Source: Squalus acanthias
Taxonomy: Eukaryota
Direction of reading: 5' to 3'
DNA: 64,000 bases
Assembly (NCBI GenBank): GCA_030390025.1
Contig: JASTWF010000034.1
Coordinates: 1,178,001 to 1,242,000, forward strand
In this document: piece by piece, positions 50,051 to 62,360 of the stretch
Numbering within the stretch: position 1 is the stretch's first letter
How the letters are laid out: each line of letters begins with the position of its first letter
Program-made: the position numbers and the translations under genes
The notes under the pieces: model-generated
The model's input: only the letters and a program-made list of their open reading frames with translations
Told to the model about the DNA's origin: nothing
The model's database searches: none

Positions 50051-53000
50051 ACATAACGAACATACGGATTAGGAGCAGGATTCGGCCATTCGGTCCCTCA
50101 AGCCTGTTCCGCCATTCAATAAGATCATGGCTGATCTGATTACTCCACATTCGCGTCCAACCCCCGATAACCTTTCACCCCCTTGCTTATCAAGAATCTA
50201 TCTACGTCCGCCTTAAAAATATTCAAAGACTCTGCTTCCACCGCCCTCTGAGGAAGAGAGTTCCAAAGACTCACGAACCTCTGAGAAAAAACATTCTCCT
50301 CATCTCTGTCTAAAATGGGCGCTCCATTATTTTTAAACAGTGACCCCTAGTTCTAGATTCTCCCACAAGAGGAAACATCCTCTCCGCATCCACCCTGTCA
50401 AGACCCCTCAGGATCTTATAGGTTTCAATCAAGTCACCTCTTACTCTTCTAAACTCCAGTGGATACAAGCCTAGCCTGTCCAACCTTTCCTCATAAGACA
50501 ACCCGCCCATTCCAGGTATTAGTCTGGTAAACCTTCTCTGAACTGCTTCCAACGCAATTACATCCTTCCTTAAATAAGGAGACTAATACTGTACTCAGGA
50601 CCCCAGATGTGGTGTCACCCATGCCCTCTATAACTGAAGCATAAACTCCCTACTTTTGTATTCAATTCCACTCGCAATAAACGTTAACATTCTATTAGCT
50701 GCCCTAATTACTCGCAGTACCTGCATACTCTCATCATTTAGATAATATAATTATTTTTTATTTTTCCTGCCAAAATGCACAATTGCACTCTATTTGCCAG
50801 ATGTTACCTTTATATACCTTTGTAGCCTCCATATGTCCTCTTCACAATTTACTTTCCTACCTATCTTTTTGTCATCAGCAAATTTAGCAACCATATCTTC
50901 GGTCCCTTCACAGAATCACAGAATCCCCACATTGCAGATAGAGGCCATTTCGGCCCATCGAGCCTGCACCGACACATATCCCACCCTATCCCCGTAACCC
51001 CAATTATTTAATCCCCCCTAACACTAAGGGTCAATTTATCATAGCCAAATCAACCTAACCCGCACATCTTTGGACTGTGGGAGGAAACCGGAGCACCCGG
51101 AGGAAACCCACGCAGACACGGGGAGAATGTGCAAACTCCACACAGACAGTCACCCTCGGCCGGATTCGAACCCGGGTCCCTGGCGCTGTGAGGCAACAGT
51201 GCTAACCAGTATGCCACCGTGTTGCCCATGAATGTCTTCATCCAAGTCATTTACATGAATTGTAAAAAGTTGAGGCCCCAGTATTATCCCAGGGGCACAC
51301 GACACGTTACATCTTGCCAACCAGAAAATGACCCATTTATGCCTACTCTCTGTTTCCTTTTAGCTGGCCAATCTTCTATCCATGCCAATATGTTACCCCC
51401 TACACCATGAACTTTTATGTTCCGAAATAAGCTTATCAAATGCCTTCTGGAAATCTAAGTACAGTACATCCACCGGTTCCCCTTTATCCACAGCACATGT
51501 TACTTCCTCAACGAACTCCAATAAATTGGTTAAACATGATTTCCCTTTCTCAAAACCATGCTGACTCTGCCTGATTACCTTGAACTTTTACAAGTGCCCT
51601 GCTATAACGTCTTTAATAATAGTTTCTAGCATCTTCCCTAAGACAGGTGTTAAGCTAACTGGCCTGTAGTTTCCTGCTTTCTGTCTCACTCCCTTTTTGA
51701 ATAAAGGAGTTACAATCGCTATTTTCTAATCTAATGTAACCTTCCCCGAATCTAGGGAATTTTGGAAAATTAAAACCAACGCATCAACTATCTCACCAGC
51801 TACTTCTTTTAAGACCCTAGGATGAAGTCCAGCAGGACCCGGGGACTTGTCAGCCCGCATCTCCAACAATTTCCTCAGTACTACTTCCCTGCTGATCGTA
51901 ATTTTCTTGACTTCCTCCCTCCCTTCCATTTACTGATTTACAGCTGTTTCTGGGATGTTACTTGTATCCTCTATAGTGAAGACCGATGCAAAATACCTGT
52001 TCAATTCAACTGCCATCTCCTTATTTTCCATTATTAATTCCCCAGACTCACTTTTTATAGGACCAACGCTCCCTTTGTTAACTCTTTTCTTTTTAGAATA
52101 TCTATAGAAACTCTTACTATCTGTTTTTATATTTCTAGCTAGCTTTCTCTCGTACTCTCATTTTTCTCTCCTTATTAATCTTTTAGTAATTCTTTGCTGT
52201 TTGTTTATATTATGTCCAATCTTCTGACCTGCCACCCATCTTTGCACAATTATATGCTTTTTCTTTAAGTTTGATACTATCTTTAACTTTTTTAGTTAAC
52301 CACGGATGGTGGGTCCTCCCCTTGGAATTTTTCTTTCTCGTTGGAAAGGATCTATTCAGTGTATTCTGAAATATCCCATTAAATGTCTGCCACTGCAGCT
52401 CTATTGACCTATTGCTTACTCTAGTTTGCCATTTCACTTTAGCTAGCTCTGCTATCATGCCCTCATAATTGCCCTTATTTAAGTTAAAAAAACTAGTCTT
52501 GGACCAAATCTTCTCTCCCTCAAACTGAATGTAAAATTCAATCTTATTATGATCGCTGCGACCTAGGGGCACATTCACTATGTGGTCATTAATTAATCTG
52601 ATCTTGTTTCACAATACCAGGTCTACTATAGCCTGCTCTCTGGTTGGCTCCAGAACGTGCTGTTCTAAGAAACTGTCCCCAAAACATTCTATGTACTCCT
52701 CATGTAGGCTACCTTTGCCCATCTGATTTTTCCATCTATATGTAGATTAAAATCCCCCATTATTATTGCCATACCTTTCTGACAAGCTCGCATTATTTCT
52801 TCCTTGATACTGCATCCTAACGTGTGGTTTCTGTTAGGGGGCCTGTACACCACTTCCACAAGTGACTTCTTGCCTTCATCATTTCTCATCTCTACCCAAA
52901 CCGCTTCTACATCCTGGTTTCCTTTACTTAATCTTCCCTCTATTGCGCTAATACCATTATTAATTTACAGAGCCACCCCTCCACTTTTTCCTAAATATCA

Positions 53001-53524
53001 TGTACCCTTCAATATTCAGGTCCCAATGTTGTCATCCTGCAGCCATGTCTCTGTAATGGCTATCAGATTGTACTTATTTAATTCTATTTGCGCCATCAGT
53101 TCATCTGTTTTGTTTCGAATGCTACGTGCATTCAGATACAGAGCCTTTAATTTTGTCCTTTTATTATTTTTGTAACCTTTAGCCTTATCTGTTGATTTAC
53201 TCTTAGATTTGTACTCTCTATCCCTTCCCGTCACGGTCTGTTTATCATTTCCCATATTAATACCTTTCTCTTTTGTCTTGTTTCTACTCTTTGAATTACC
53301 ACATCTTCCCAGATTTGATCCCTGGCCCCCAATATTTAGTTGAAAGCCCTCTCCACCGCCCTAGTTATATGACTCGCCAGAACACTGGTCCCAGCACGGT
53401 TCAGGTGAAGACCAACCCAACGGTACAGATCCCACTTTCCCCAGTACTGGAGCTAGTGCCCCAGGAAGCAAAACCAATTTCTCCCATACCAGTCTTTGAG
53501 CTACGCATACATCTCTCTAATTTG
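50051..53524 (-). mobile_element. CR1 LINE (family D), 5'-truncated within ORF1
   Basis: Tail at 50051; ORFs 50310-50552, 51726-51929, 52210-52578 (SDHN), 52689-52889 (MGDFN), 53016-53255 (LNARSI, ITETWL). Confidence 0.9.
50908..51227 (-). mobile_element. HE1-type V-SINE, full length
   Basis: Reverse strand: A box tggcatactgg, B box ggttcgaatcc, V-domain gggtttcctccgggtgctccggtttcctcccacagtccaaa, CR1-type tail attctgtgattctgtga. cttca flanks both sides (50906, 51236). Confidence 0.9.
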
Positions 53525-56080
53525 ATGGAACAGGGTAGAGGGAGCTTTACTCTGTATCTAACCCGTGCTGTACCTGCCCTGGGAGTGTTTGATGGGTCTT
53601 TGTCGAGGAAGCTTTACTTTGTATCTAACCCGTGCTGTATCTGCCCTGGGAGTGTTTGATGGGTATTTGTAGAGGGAGCTTTACTCTGTATCTAACCCGT
53701 GCTGTACCTGCCCTGGGAGTGTTTGATGGGTCTTTGTAGAGGAAGCTTTACTTTATATCTAACCCGTGCTGTATCTGCCCTGGGAGTGTTTGATGGGTAT
53801 TTGTAGAGGGAGCTTTACTCTGTACCTAACCCGTGCTGTACCTATCCTGGGAGAGTTTGATAGGTCTTTGTAGAGGGAGCTTTACACTGTATCTAACCCG
53901 GGCTGTATCTTCCTGGGAATATTTGAAGGGACAAAGTAGAGGAAGCTTTACTTTGCATCAATCCCTGCGCTGTACCTGCCCTGGGAGTGTTCGATAGGTC
54001 TTTGTAGAGGGTGCTTTACTCTGTACCTAACCCTGGCTGTACCTGCCCTGGAAATGTTTGATGTCAGTGTCCAGCAAGCTTCACTCTACATCTAAACTGT
54101 TCTGTAACTGCCCTGGCACTTTTTGATAGGACATTGTAAAGGGAGCTTTACTCTGTACCTAACCCATGCACTAATTGCCTTGCGAGTGTTAGATGGGACA
54201 GTGAAGACGGAGCTTTACTCTATATCTAACCTGTGCTGTACTTGCCCTGAGAGTGTTTGTGGGACAGTGTAGAGGGAGCTTTATTCAGTATCTAACGCGG
54301 GCTGTGCCTACCCTGGGATTGTATGATGGGATTCTGTAGAGGTATCTTAAATCTGCATCTAACCCGTGCTGTACCTGGCCTGGGAGTATTTGATGGGTCT
54401 TTGTAAAGGCAGCTTTACTTTGTATCTAACCCATGCTGTACCTGCCCTGTGTGTATTTGATGGGACAGTGAAGAGGGAGCTTTACTCTGTATCTAACCCG
54501 TGCACTACCTGCCCTGCGAGTGTTTGATGGGGCAGTGTAGAGGGAACTTTACTCTTTAACTAACCCGTGCTGTACCTGCCCTGGGAGTGTTTGTTGGGAC
54601 AGTGTAGAGGGAGCCTTACTCTGTATCTAACCCGTGCTGTACCTGCCCTGGGAGTGTTTGATGGGACAGTGTAGAGGGAGCTTTACTTTGTATCTAACCC
54701 ATGCTGTACCTGCCCTGTGTGTATTTGATGGGACAGTGAAGAGGGAGCTTTACTCTGTATCTAACCCGTGCACTACCTGCCCTGCGAGTGTTTGATGGGG
54801 CAGTGTAGAGGGAACTTTACTCTTTAACTAACCCGTGCTGTACCTGCCCTGGGAGTGTTTGATGGGACAGTGTAGAGGGTGCTTTACTTTGTATCTAACC
54901 CATGCTGTACCTGCCCTGTGTGTATTTGATGGGACAGTGAAGAGGGAGCTTTACTCTGTATCTAACCCGTGCACTACCTGCCCTGCGAGTGTTTGATGGG
55001 GCAGTGTAGAGGGAACTTTACTCTTTAACTAACCCGTGCACTACCTGCCCTGCGAGTGTTTGATGGGGCAGTGTAGAGGGAACTTTACTCTTTAACTTAC
55101 CCATGCACTACCTGCCCTGGGAGTGTTGGATGCAACTGTGTAGAGGGAGCTCTACTCTATATCTAACCATTGTTCTATCTGCACTTGGTGTGTTTGATGG
55201 CACAATGTATAGTGAGCTATACTCTATATCGAACCCGTGCAGTACCTGGCCTGGGAGTGTTTGTTGGAACAGGATAGAGGGGTCTTTACTCAATATCTAA
55301 CCCGTGCTGTACCTGCCCTGGGAGTGTTTGATGGGACAGGATAGAGGGGTCTTTACTCAGTATCTAACCCGTGCTGTACCTGCCCTGGGAGTGTTTGATG
55401 GGGCAGTGTAGAGGCAGCTTTACTCTATATCTAACCATTGCTGTACCTGCCTTGGAAATGTTTGATGGGACAGTGTAGAGGGATCTTTAATCTGTATCTA
55501 AACCGTACTGTTCCTGCCCTGGGAGTGTTTGATGGGACAGTGTAGAGGGAGCTTTACTCTGCATCTAACTCGTGCTGTAGCTGCCTGGGAATGCTTGTTG
55601 GGACAGTATAGAGAGAGCTTTACTCTGTATGTAACCCTTGCTGCACAATGTTTGATGGCATAATGTGGAGAGAGCATTACTCTGTATTTAACCCGTACTC
55701 AACCTGCCCTGGGAGTGTGTTTTGGGACAGTGTAGAGGAAGCTTTACTCTGTATCTGAACCTTGCTGTACATGCCCTGGGAGTGTTTGATGGGACAGTGC
55801 AGAGGGAGCTTTACCCTGTATCTAAACCGTACTGTTCCTGCCCTGGGAGTGTTTGATGGGACAGTGTAGAGGGAGCTTTACTCTGTATCTGAACCTTGCT
55901 GTTCCTTCCCTGGGAGTGCAAAAACGGGCAGTGTATTGTGCGCTTTACTCTATATCTAACCCATGCTGTACCTAACCTGCGAGTGTTTGATGGGACAGTG
56001 CAGAGGGATCTTTACTAAGTATCTAACAAATGCTGTACCTGCACTGGGACTGTTTGATGGGACAGTGTAGTGGGAGCCTT
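53521..56080. repeat. 67-bp satellite array in opposite orientation
   Basis: Unit gggagctttactctgtatctaacccgtgctgtacctgccctgggagtgtttgatgggacagtgtaga, the reverse complement of the 34865 unit. Confidence 0.95.
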
Positions 56081-56402
56081 ATAACTCTTTATAACATTAG
56101 AATCCTTAATAAACATTTACAAAAAGTGTATAACGGGTTATTAAGGATTATAATGATTTATAAAGGGTCATGTCCCTTTATCATATTTTGCATCACTTTG
56201 TACCCCATTCAAATCACTTTATAATCCTTTGTCAATCATTATAACACTTTATAAGCCTTTGTAGATCATTACAACCCTTTATATTCCTTAACAATTCATA
56301 ACACTTTATATTCTATTATCAACCTTTATATATCATTATAATACTTTCTATTCATTTATAATAATTTATAACCCTGCATAATCCTTTATAACCCTTTATA
56401 AA
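56080..56402. repeat. AT-rich degenerate simple repeat (similar tract at 29535-29670)
   Basis: Recurrent cattataacactttata-like units. Confidence 0.7.
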
Positions 56403-56409
56403 GCGTCAG

Positions 56410-57258
56410 GATACAACGTAGGGATGATGGGTCGGTACTCAAATTGGCAGGATGTGACTCCTGGTGTCCAGCAGGGCTGTGTTTTGTGGCCTCAGCTATT
56501 CACAATATTTATTAATGACTTCGGTGATGTCATAGAAAGTCATATACCCAAATGTGCCGATGACACAAAGATAGGCAGCATTATAGGCAGTGTAGGTGAA
56601 ACCATAAAATTACAAAGGGATTTTGACAGATTAAGGGAATGGGCAAAACTATGGCAAATGGATTTCAATGTAAGCAAATGTGAGGTCAATCACTTTGGAC
56701 CCTAAAAGGAAAGAACAGGTTACTTTCTAAATGGAGAAAAGCTAAAAAGAGTGGATGTCCAAAGAGAGTTGGGGGGTCCAGGTACATAGATCATTAAAAT
56801 GTCATGGACAGGTACAGAAAATAATCAAAAAGGCTAATGGAAAGCTGGTCTTTATATCTAAAGGACTAGATTACAAGGGGCTAGAAGTTATTCTGCAGCT
56901 ATACAAAACCCTGGTTAGACCACACCTGGAGTATTGTGAGCAGTTCTGGGCACCACACCTTAGGAAGGATATATTGGCCTTGAAGGGAGTGCAGCACAGG
57001 TTTACCAGAATGATACCCAGACTTCAAGGATTAAGTTACGAGGAGAGATGAGGGTTCTATTCCCTAGAATTTAGAAGGTTAAGGGGTGATCTGAGCGAAG
57101 TTTTCAGGATATTAAGGGGAACAGATAGAGTAGATAGCGAGAAACTATTTCCATTGGTGGGGATACTAAGACTGGAGGCACAGTCTAAGAATTAGAGGCA
57201 GTCCTTTCAGGAGTGAAATTTGCAAACACTTCGACACACAAAGTGGGAGAAATTTGGA
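56410..57258 (+). mobile_element. CR1 RT fragment
   Basis: ORFs 56424-56705 (ADDTKI) and 56755-57051 (LVRPHLEYC). Confidence 0.87.
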
Positions 57259-57259
57259 C

Positions 57260-58600
57260 GGTTTAGATAGAGAGATACAGAGTAAAGCTCTCTTTACACT
57301 GTCCAATCAAACGGTCCAAGGGCAGGTATAGCACCGGTTAGCTGGAGAGATACAGAGTAAAGCTCCCTTTACACTGCCCAATCAAACACTCCAAGGGCAG
57401 GTATAGCACGGGTTAGATAGAGAGATACAGAGTAAAGCTCCCTTTACACTTCCCAATCAAACAGTCCAAGGGCAGGTGCAGTATGGCTTAGAGAGAGAGA
57501 GAGATACACAATAAAGCTTCCTTTAAACTGTCCAATCAAACAGTCCAAGGGCAGGTACAGCACGGGTGAGATAGCGAGATACAGAGTAAAGCTCCCTTTA
57601 CACTGCCCAATCAAATAGTCCAAGGGCAGGTACAGCAAGGGTTAGATAGAGAGATACAGAATAAAGCTCACTTTACACTGCCCAATCAAACATTCCAAGG
57701 GCAGGTAATGCACGGGTGAGATAGAGAGATACAGAGTAAAGCTCCCTTTACACTGCCCAATCAAACAGTCCAAGGGCAGGTATAGCACGGGTTAGATAGA
57801 GAGATACAGAGTAAAGCTCCCTTTACACTGCCCAATCAAACAGTCCAAGGGCAGGTACAGCACGGTTTAGATCGAGAGATACAGAGTAAAGCTCCCTTTA
57901 CACTGTCCAATCAAACAGTCCAAGGGCAGGTATAGCACAGGTTAGATCGAGAGATACAGAGTTAGCTCCCTTTACACTGTCCAATCAAACAGTCCAAGGG
58001 CAGGTATAGCACAGGTAAGATAGAGAGATACAGAGTAAAGCTCCCTTTACACTGCCCAATCAAAAAGTACAAGGGCAGGTACAGCACCGGTTAGATCGAG
58101 AGATACAGAGTAAAGCTCCCTTTACACTGCCCAGTCAAACAGTCCAAGGGCAGGTATAGCACTGGTTAGATCGAGAGATACAGAGTAAAGCTCCCTTTAA
58201 ACTGCCCAATCAAACAGTCCAAGGGCAGGTACAGCACGGGTTAGATCGAGAGTAAAGCTCACTTTACACTGCCCAATTAAACAGTCCAAGGGCAGGTACA
58301 GCACCGGTTCGATCGAGAGATACAGAGTAAAGCTCCCTTTAAATTGCCCAATCAAACAGTCCAAGGGCAGGTATAGCACCGGTTAGATAGAGAGATACAG
58401 AGTAAAGCTCCCTTTACACTGCTCAATCAAACAGTCCAAGGGCAGGTATAGAACCGGTTAGATCGAGAGATACAGAGTAAAGCTCCCTTTACACTGCCCA
58501 ATCAAACAGTGCAAGGGCAGGTATAGCACAGGTTAGATAGAGAGATACAGACTAAACCTTCCTTTGCACTTTCCACTCAAACACTCGCAGAGCAGGTACA
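57260..58600. repeat. 75-bp variant of the 67-bp satellite, about 18 copies
   Basis: Unit ggttagatagagagatacagagtaaagctccctttacactgcccaatcaaacagtccaagggcaggtatagcacg; period 75 (57790, 57865, 57940). Confidence 0.93.
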
Positions 58601-58908
58601 GCGCGGGGGCATGCAAAGCTCCCTCTAATACAGGATGTGCAGCGTACAGCTCCCTTGACACTACCCAATGAAGCACAACGAGCTCGGGTACAGCATGGGA
58701 TAAATACGGAATAAAGATCTCACTACAAGCAAGTGTCAAACACTCCCGGGTGAGGTACGGGCAAGATTTATCTCCGAGTTAAGCTCCGCTTAACTTGCCA
58801 AACCTAAGGCCGAGCCTGATGGCAGATGTTGAACAGCTCGCAGAATCTGGTTAGACTCTCACCTCAGCAGAATCGTGGACTGATGGGATTCTCAGTAAAG
58901 TTCCTCAC

Positions 58909-59079
58909 CTTTCCAATCATTGTTGAAGCTTCCCGTTTTATCCCGTCTCCGACACTGGGGTTCTCGATCCCACCGGATCTGCTCTGTGAAACCAGCGACA
59001 TTTCTCGAGTCCCAGTCAGTGAGGCGATGATTCGACTTCTCTCTCTCCCCCTTCCTGAGATATTGCTCACTCCCAGAGA
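58909..59079 (-). other. Candidate 171-nt exon of an unidentified gene, copy 2
   Basis: Same splice signals as 49560-49730; 7 substitutions, no indels. Confidence 0.45.
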
Positions 59080-59654
59080 CTGTCAATAGAAAAATGATAA
59101 ATATTAATCCCAGAATACAGGGGGAGCATTTTTCTGACCATAAATATATTCAATTTGATTATTTTTGCAATTAATCAGTGTGTTTGAATTACTTACTTTA
59201 ATATTGAATAGTTCTTTTCTGTCCATTGCCCTGTTTATTGGTACTAAACTCACCCCCAGTGTCAGCTGTCACTCCAGCTCCTCCCACACTGACATCCCAC
59301 TGATGGGCTGTAACCAGGGGCAGGGCCCTGTCTCCAGGTGACATCACACAGCAGCTAGGAACGATGTCAGAAAGCGGCCGGAGCCCCTCCCACTCGAGGT
59401 GTCACAGGGTCACATTGACCAGGCTCTGCTCCTGGTGTGCAGTCTTACTGGGCATGAACACAGGGTGTTCATCAGCCCCGTCTCCGGGAATGAACCGGGA
59501 TCCTGCCCTACATCTCTCCCGGGTTTTATTTCCATCGGTGTAAAATGGATGGCTGATTCACAATTACCCAGTTTGTACTATAGCACCTACTAAACGTCAA
59601 ACTCTACCCCAGTATTTCTTTCCTTCTCTACGTATCTGCTCCCTCACTGTCTCT

Positions 59655-59687
<33 letters not shown>

Positions 59688-59734
59688 GTGAGGGATACGT
59701 CTGGGGCTGGGATCAAACTGTGCGGAAAGGATCA

Positions 59735-60310
59735 GAATATCAGTTAGCCTCGCTTCCCGCTCCCACACCATTACCTCTGGTGTCTCCCAAGGATCTCTCC
59801 TAGCCCCCCTCCTATTTCTCATCTACATGTTGCCCCTTGGTGACATCATCCAGAAACACAGTCAGTTTCCACATGTAGGCTGACGACACCCAGCTCCACC
59901 TCACTACCTCTTCTCTCGACCCCTCCACGGTGTCTAAATTGTCAGACTGCTTGACCGACATGAGCAAAAGTTTCTCCAAGTAAATATTGGGAAGACCGAA
60001 GCCATTGTTTTCTGTCCCTAACCAACACCGTTCCCGAGCCACAGACTCAATCCCTCTCCCTAACATCTGTCTGAGGCTGAACCACACTGTTCGCAACATT
60101 GGTGTCATATTTGACCCTCGCTACCTCTCTTTCCTCCTTGAAGACGCTCATTAAAACCTTCCACTTTGACCAAGCTTTTAGTCACCTGTCCTAATTTATC
60201 CTTCTGTGGCTCGGTGTTAAAAATTGTTTGTCTTAAAATAGTCCTGTGAAGCGCCTTGGGACGTTTTACTACGTTAAAGGCGCTATTTAAATACAAGTTA
60301 TTGTTGTTGT
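59735..60310 (+). mobile_element. L2 LINE fragment with internal deletion
   Basis: Translates [25 protein letters not shown] and ADDTQL, then jumps near 60118 to the L2 3' end aaggcgctatttaaatacaagttattgttgttg. Confidence 0.85.
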
Positions 60311-60327
60311 GCATCTCTGGCTCTATA

Positions 60328-60430
60328 AAATCATAGAATGGATACAGCACAGAAGGAGACATTACGGCCCATCGAGCCCGTGCCAGCTCTCTGCAAGAGC
60401 ACTTCAGCAAGTGCCACTTATCCAATCCCC
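60328..60430 (-). mobile_element. CR1 family C 3' tail fragment
   Basis: Reverse complement of about 15750-15838. Confidence 0.78.
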
Positions 60431-60434
60431 TTTT

Positions 60435-61200
60435 GATATACCCCACACCCCTAACTGTAAAGCACTGATATACCCCACACCCCACACTGTAACAAAGATA
60501 TACCCCACATGCCTCAGTGTAACACTGATATACCCCACACCCCTCACAGTAACTTTGATATACCCCTCACGCACACTGATATAACCCACACCCCTCACTG
60601 TAACACTGATATACCCCACACCCCTCACTGTAACACTGACATACCCCACACCCCTCACTGTAACACTGATATACCCCACACCCCTCACTGTAACACTGAT
60701 ATACCCTACACGCCTCACTGTAACACTGGTATACCCCACACCCCTCACTGTAACACTGATATACCCTACACGCCTCACTGTAACACTGGTATACCACACA
60801 CCCCTCACTGTAACACTGATATACCCCACACCCCTCACAGTAACTTTGATATACCCCTCACGCACACTGATATACCCCACACCCCTCACTGTAACACTGA
60901 CATACCCCACACCCCTCACTGTAACACTGATATACCCCAGACCCCTCACTGTAACACTGATATACCCTACACGCCTCACTGTAACACTGGTATACCACAC
61001 ACCCCTCACTGTAACACTGATATATCCCACACCCCTCACTGTAACACGGATATACCCCAGACCCCTCACTATAACACGGATATATCCCACACCCCTCACT
61101 GTAACACTGATATACCTCACACACCTCACTATAACACACGGAAATACACCACACCTCTCACTGTAACACACATATATACCCAACAGGCCTCACAGTAACA
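60435..61200. repeat. 30-bp minisatellite, C-rich orientation
   Basis: Unit ctgatataccccacacccctcactgtaaca. Confidence 0.95.
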
Positions 61201-61655
61201 CTATGATTCAGTGGGGAGGCGAGCTGCATATGTAGTGGGGAGTGAGCTGCTGGTTTAGTGGGGAGGTGAGCTGCTGGTTTTGTGGGGAGGTGAGCTGTTA
61301 TCATTCGTTGTGCTTGCCCATAAATCTCTATCAGTTTGTTCTTTACTTTCCCACACAGGAGTGTTAATTACCTGCTTATGTAACTTTCAAAACCTCACAG
61401 CTTCCAATGTCCTTTACAAAAGGGACTGATTCTCTGGCCACACTCCCCCGCAGTCCTCCAGACACCCTGCTGGCATTAAATTCAATCTTCACACTCACCC
61501 ATGCTCGGCAGCAGATGTGCGTCTTTCTGGACTGTATTCTAACCTAACTTAATCCCTGGTTATTCTAGCTTAATATTGATATTATTCCATATGTAAACCA
61601 GTGTATTATATTTAATAATCTATGCATACCAATACTTACAAGAACTTTTAAAAGG

Positions 61656-62352
61656 TCAGCTTTCAGAGTGTATTCGCTTGCGTTTCACCAGGCTGGATGA
61701 CCTTGTGAAACCCCCCGCACACATGGAGCAGGTGAACGGATTCTCTCCAGTTTGAACATGCTGGTGTACAATGAGGTGGGATAAGTGAATCTCTTCCCAC
61801 AGTGAAAGCAACTGAACGGTCTCTCGTCAGTGTGAACTCTCTGGTGTTTCAGCAGGATGGATGACCGACTGAATCCCTTCCCACGCACGGAGCGGGTCAA
61901 CAGTCTCTCCCCAGTGTGACTGCGCCGATTAATTTGCATCTCAGACGGATAATTGAATCCCTTCTCACAGTCCCCACATTCCCACGGTTTCTCCATGGTC
62001 CATCTGTCTCTCCAGGTTGGAGGATCGGTTGAAGCCTCATCCACACACAGAACACGTGTACGGTTTCTCCCCGCTGTGAATGGTGCCAAGTTTTTTCAGG
62101 ATGTGTAACTGGTTACAGCTCTCTCCGCAGTCAGTGCACTGGAACACTCTCGTTCAAGTGTGAATGGGTCTCAGTGCTTTCCCAGTCGCATGATGTGTAA
62201 AATCCTTTCGCAAACACAAGAACAGAGAAAGATTTCTTCTTCCGTATTCAAAGGCCGATGATATTCAGGTCCTGATGAATCGAGTGACTCTCAGATCTTG
62301 GCGTGATGTTTGTTTTGAGTTTCTTGTCTGCAAATCCTCCCCTTCTAATACC
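61656..62352 (-). pseudogene. Decayed C2H2 zinc-finger gene terminal exon
   Basis: Acceptor cctttttcag|ggt; linkers [22 protein letters not shown]; fingers [16 protein letters not shown]. Several Cys/His lost, in-frame stops and frameshifts. Confidence 0.87.
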
Positions 62353-62360
62353 CTGAAAAA

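Noticed and set aside
51150..51227. tRNA-like A and B boxes (also 16250-16316 and 30180-30270)
   Set aside because: These are SINE heads continuing into SINE bodies, not tRNA genes.
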